DNA of 64,000 bases from assembly GCA_965224245.1 (NCBI GenBank), contig OZ245046.1, positions 5,760,001 through 5,824,000 of the forward strand, written 5' to 3'. The first letter of the stretch is position 1; the number at the start of each line of letters is the position of its first letter. Source of the stretch: Candidatus Eiseniibacteriota bacterium. Lineage in GTDB: Bacteria; Eisenbacteria; RBG-16-71-46; CAZAMP01. The translations under genes were made by a program, and so were the position numbers. Under the pieces are notes generated by a model that ran no database searches, was not told where the DNA came from, and was given only the letters and a program-made list of their open reading frames with translations. This document shows positions 60,449-64,000 of this stretch, piece by piece.

Positions 60449-63377
60449 GCGTGTGCGACTCGCCGGTCACGTTCCGGGCCGTGACCCTGTAGAAGTACAC
60501 GCCGGGAGTGACCCGATCGCCCGCGGACGTGCGGCCGTCCCACAGGACGCGATTCGTGCCCGCGGATGCCGCCTCGGCCATCGTCGCGATCCGGCGGCCG
60601 CCGGCGTCGAACACGTCCACCGATACCGGGACCGCGCCGGAGCCGGTCACGTCGAACACGAACGCCGCCGGTCCATCCCGGAGCGGGTTGGGCGACACGC
60701 CGGCGAACCGGACGGTGGAGACCGCCGGCACCGACGTCGGATCATCGACCGTCGGATCATCGACCGCGATCACGCCGGCGCCGCCGTCGAGGCACCAGGT
60801 CTTGCCGCCGCCCGCGGTGAGGTACTGCGTTCCGGCCACGACGTCGGGCGTTCCGTTCCCGTTCACGTCGCCGATCGCGCGCACCGTGAGCACGGTCGCG
60901 TCCAGGTGGTCATCCGTATCCCAAACCCGCTCACCGGAGGCGCCGTCGATGCAGTAGGCTTTCTGGTCCTGGCTGCCGGCGATCACCTCGGGGACACCGT
61001 CGCCGGTCACATCGGGCATCCAGTCGACCGACCAGTTGTTCTCACCCGTCGTGTAGGACCAGTGGAGAGCCCCGGTCGCGCCATCCAGAACGCGGAAGTT
61101 GGGTCCGAAGCCGCAGGCCACGACGTCCTGGACGCCGTCCCCGGTGACGTCGGGAATCGTCCTGGACTCGAGCACGGGCCAGCCGGTGATGTGCTCCCAC
61201 TCGACGCCGCCGCTCGCTCCGCTCAGGCAAAAGACGCGACTGGACCACGAGCCGGCGATCACGTCGGGCAGCCCGTCGCCCGAGACGTCCTCGATCTCGT
61301 CGACGAAGTAGGCGGTGCCGCCGGTGTCGAAGCTCCAGAGCACCGTGGCGAAGCCCGTGCTGGCACCGCTGAGGCAGTACACGAACTCGTCGGAGCTCGC
61401 GCCGACCACGTCCTGAACACCGTCTCCGGATACGTCACCGATCGACGTCACCGACTGGACCGCGTCGCCGGTGATGTAGGCGAAGCGGAGCGCGCCGGTG
61501 GCGCCGTCGAGGCCGTAGATCCGCCGGGATCCACCGCCGGATCCATCGGTTCCGGCCCCGGCCAGGACCTCGGGAAGACCATCGCCCGAGACGTCCTCCA
61601 GCACGTCGACCGAGTACACCCAGCCGCCACCGTGCACGGACGTGGCGTACGACCACAGGAGCGCGCCGTCCTCGCTGCCGCGGACCTCGACGCGCTGCCC
61701 GCCCCACGCCACGCCGCGGACGATCTCGGGGAACGTGTCACCGTCCAGATCGGCGATCGTGGCCAGGCAGTCGTCGCCGTAGCCGCCGCTGGCCCCCGCG
61801 CCGACAGCCCAGGCGGACACGCCGACGCCGTCGCTGTTGCCGTAGTACGCGACGTGCGGGTCGCCGCTGGCGCCCGCGTCGTAGGACTCCGACACGAGAT
61901 CGGGGATGCCGTCGCCGGTGATGTCGGCGATCGGCAGCGTGGTCACGACGTTCTCGATCCCCTGGGCGCTCCAGATCACGTCTCCACCCGCGTAGGTCCG
62001 CAGAACGCCGGTGCCGCTGGCCGCGAGCGTCTCGGTCGGCGTGGATGGATCGTCGCTCTGGATGCTGATCGTTCCTCCGTAGGCGATCTCCTCGGTCGGG
62101 GCGAAGACGATGGTGGCGTCGAACGACTCGAACGTCGAGAGCGTGATCGGCAGCGCATCGTGCAGCGCCGTGAACGCCGGATCGTCCGAGGCGATGTCGG
62201 TGACGGTGAGGTCCTGGAAGCCCACGTTCTCGATCGTCAGTATCCGGCCCTCCACAAGACCGACGCCGGTGTCGTCGAACACCGGGAGCCCGGCCACGTT
62301 GATGGTGGCATCGGCGAACACACCCGTGCCCTCGAGCGGGATCACGAGGGATCCCTCGTCGATGTCGTCGCTCTCGACGGTCATGTTCACCGCGAACGAG
62401 CCGGCGCCCGGCGGGTCGAACGTGACGTCGAACATCAGCGTCCCGCCCGGCGACAGCACGACGGGAAACGAGATGGCGTCACGCGAGAACGCGCCGCCCA
62501 CGACGACGTCGGAGATCGTCAGGTCGCCGTCGCCGTCGTTGCGCAGCGTCTGGGAGTACGAGGCGGGAGATCCGAGCGCCACGATGCCGAAGTCGAAGCT
62601 GGTCGGGATGGCCGTGATGTCGGGTGTGCCCGCGCCCGCGAGATCGATCTGGTAGATGCGCCGGCCGCCGCCCGAGGTCGCGTTGGCCACGAGCCACATG
62701 TAGCCGCCGCCGATCGCGATGCCCTTGGGGCCGCCACCGGGCGACGCGAAGTCCGAGAGGACGGCGCCCCCGGGGTAGGTCAGGTTCCAGATGTTCTCGG
62801 GGTCGCCGTCGATGTCGTCCATGCCGTTCCAGATCGTGCCGTCGGATCCGTCGTACGCGATCCCGAACGGCTGGAGTCCGGGGCTGGGTATCGTATTCAG
62901 TATGGTGCCGTCGGCCGGATCGACCACGAGCACGTCGGCCTGATCGTTCGGGTAGTAGCGTGACACCAGGAGGTTCGTTCCGTCCCAGGACAGCCCGCCC
63001 ACCGCATCGGTCGGGCTCGGAATCGAGTCCAGCGTCGCGCCCGCCGCATCCAGCTCGTAGATCCAGTCCTTGCCGAAGTCTCCCGCGACCCAGAACGAGC
63101 TGCCGTCCCAGGTCACGCCGTGATTCGCGCCGAACGAGATGTGGTTCTCGTCGTATGGAGACGGGAGCACGTCGAGCACCGTGCCGTCGGCCGGATCCAG
63201 CTTGTAGATGAAGCCGTCGGAGTCGTCGCCTTGCCAGAGGAACCCGTCGTGGTAATCGAGTCCCCACGCACCGGACGTCGCGTCGATGATGTTGACCACG
63301 GTCTGGGATGGCGCGCTCGTGGCGAGCGCGATCGTAGCGGCGGCGAGAGCCGTCACGGTGTGCACGAGACGCTTCAT
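60423..63377 (-). CDS. Large secreted protein: N-terminal beta-propeller, two ASH/Ig-like domains, FG-GAP-like repeats, FlgD-Ig/T9SS-like C-terminal domain
   Basis: Signal peptide; G[LV]xWDG blades; NxGxxDL(T)I Ig modules; D[VI][ST]GDGxxD repeats; SPNP...WDGRT..PGVYFY. Confidence 0.85.
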   Translation of the reverse strand: MKRLVHTVTALAAATIALATSAPSQTVVNIIDATSGAWGLDYHDGFLWQGDDSDGFIYKLDPADGTVLDVLPSPYDENHISFGANHGVTWDGSSFWVAGDFGKDWIYELDAAGATLDSIPSPTDAVGGLSWDGTNLLVSRYYPNDQADVLVVDPADGTILNTIPSPGLQPFGIAYDGSDGTIWNGMDDIDGDPENIWNLTYPGGAVLSDFASPGGGPKGIAIGGGYMWLVANATSGGGRRIYQIDLAGAGTPDITAIPTSFDFGIVALGSPASYSQTLRNDGDGDLTISDVVVGGAFSRDAISFPVVLSPGGTLMFDVTFDPPGAGSFAVNMTVESDDIDEGSLVIPLEGTGVFADATINVAGLPVFDDTGVGLVEGRILTIENVGFQDLTVTDIASDDPAFTALHDALPITLSTFESFDATIVFAPTEEIAYGGTISIQSDDPSTPTETLAASGTGVLRTYAGGDVIWSAQGIENVVTTLPIADITGDGIPDLVSESYDAGASGDPHVAYYGNSDGVGVSAWAVGAGASGGYGDDCLATIADLDGDTFPEIVRGVAWGGQRVEVRGSEDGALLWSYATSVHGGGWVYSVDVLEDVSGDGLPEVLAGAGTDGSGGGSRRIYGLDGATGALRFAYITGDAVQSVTSIGDVSGDGVQDVVGASSDEFVYCLSGASTGFATVLWSFDTGGTAYFVDEIEDVSGDGLPDVIAGSWSSRVFCLSGASGGVEWEHITGWPVLESRTIPDVTGDGVQDVVACGFGPNFRVLDGATGALHWSYTTGENNWSVDWMPDVTGDGVPEVIAGSQDQKAYCIDGASGERVWDTDDHLDATVLTVRAIGDVNGNGTPDVVAGTQYLTAGGGKTWCLDGGAGVIAVDDPTVDDPTSVPAVSTVRFAGVSPNPLRDGPAAFVFDVTGSGAVPVSVDVFDAGGRRIATMAEAASAGTNRVLWDGRTSAGDRVTPGVYFYRVTARNVTGESHTHGKLQILR
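60735..60764. repeat. Perfect 15-bp tandem duplication in the linker before the C-terminal domain
   Basis: CGTCGGATCATCGAC x2, encoding VDDPT-VDDPT. Confidence 0.8.
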
Positions 63378-63583
63378 GCGTTGATCTCCTGGGATGAAGG
63401 GGGCTCAAGTCTAGCCGAAATCGCGTTCCACCGCTCGGCTCATGGGTTTGACGCCGGCTCCGAACGGCGCCTAGACTCCGGCGGACGCGTCGGACGACCC
63501 GGTCCGACTCCGCGCCCGAACCCGAGCCGGAACGGCGGGTCTCACCAGGTCGGATCGTCGCCTCGCGTCGAAGGGAGTCTTCC

Positions 63584-64000
63584 ATGCGCCATCTCGCCTG
63601 GTGGATGTTGATCGTCACGGCCGTGCTCGCCGTGACCGAGGTCGACGCGCGCCCGCGTCGGCCGAGGAAACAGGTCGACCACTACACCTACAATCCCGAC
63701 CGGGTGACCGATCGGATCGCTCCGTATCGGGACGCCTACGATCGCATCGTTCTGGAGCACACGTCTCGAACGCGGGTCACCGAGGGCGCCCCGATCTGCC
63801 GGTTGCAGTGGACCGGCCGGCGCGTCGATTACTTCACCGGGGCCCATTCCCGCGACGCGACGTTCGTGTTCCGGCGTCCGCGCAGCGCCGACATGAGCTC
63901 GCTGAACGTCTACCTCGTCGACCGCAACGGCAAGGACGCCGAGAAGCTGGAAGACGTTTCGGCGACCGTGGGCGACAGCCTCATCGTCGTCGCACTCGAC
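63584..64000 (+). CDS. Secreted hypothetical protein, 3'-truncated by the window edge
   Basis: AAGGGAG RBS; MRHLAWWMLIVTAVLAVTEVDA signal peptide; frame stays open to the end of the window; not in the ORF track. Confidence 0.65.
   Translation, partial: MRHLAWWMLIVTAVLAVTEVDARPRRPRKQVDHYTYNPDRVTDRIAPYRDAYDRIVLEHTSRTRVTEGAPICRLQWTGRRVDYFTGAHSRDATFVFRRPRSADMSSLNVYLVDRNGKDAEKLEDVSATVGDSLIVVALD

Noticed and set aside
60780-61960. Recurring CCGTCGCCGG-like units as a possible CRISPR or DNA repeat array
   Set aside because: These are degenerate codons of protein FG-GAP-like repeats, not identical repeats with spacers; no cas genes.
60321-62963. 880-aa plus-strand ORF, and similar shadows at 21829..24261, 36362..38503 and 48059..50626
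   Set aside because: Antisense to well-supported genes; no independent evidence.

Overview
High-GC bacterial chromosomal window with about 50 CDS and one tRNA. I saw no CRISPR array, transposase, integrase or prophage. Many secreted proteins end in a FlgD-Ig/T9SS-like C-terminal domain, which suggests a diderm related to the FCB group such as Eisenbacteria, Krumholzibacteriota or Latescibacterota (inference). In order, the window holds: an SPFH/zinc-ribbon operon; two unrelated secreted proteins sharing a short C-terminal P-x4-SWSA[IL][RK]xx[FY] motif; a low-oxygen island (fixL-fixJ, a degenerate receiver, CBS, CoA-transferase-GNAT, USP and a cbb3 oxidase operon with fused ccoNO) interrupted by a lipase-macro-like-CHAT fusion; small enzymes; a cluster of secreted M6, S8 and M10 proteases with a possible TIMP-like partner; the housekeeping block tRNA(CAT)-tilS-hpt-ftsH-folP-cdaA, whose Hpt has a degenerate active site; an outer-membrane barrel gene, guaB, a GT4 and a SprT-like gene; and a TPR-CHAT protease overlapping a large secreted beta-propeller gene. 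The best candidates for undescribed biology are the lipase-macro-CHAT effector, the short C-terminal sorting motif, the pseudo-Hpt, the TIMP-like/matrixin pair and the structured guaB leader. All family calls come from motif recognition by eye, not database searches.
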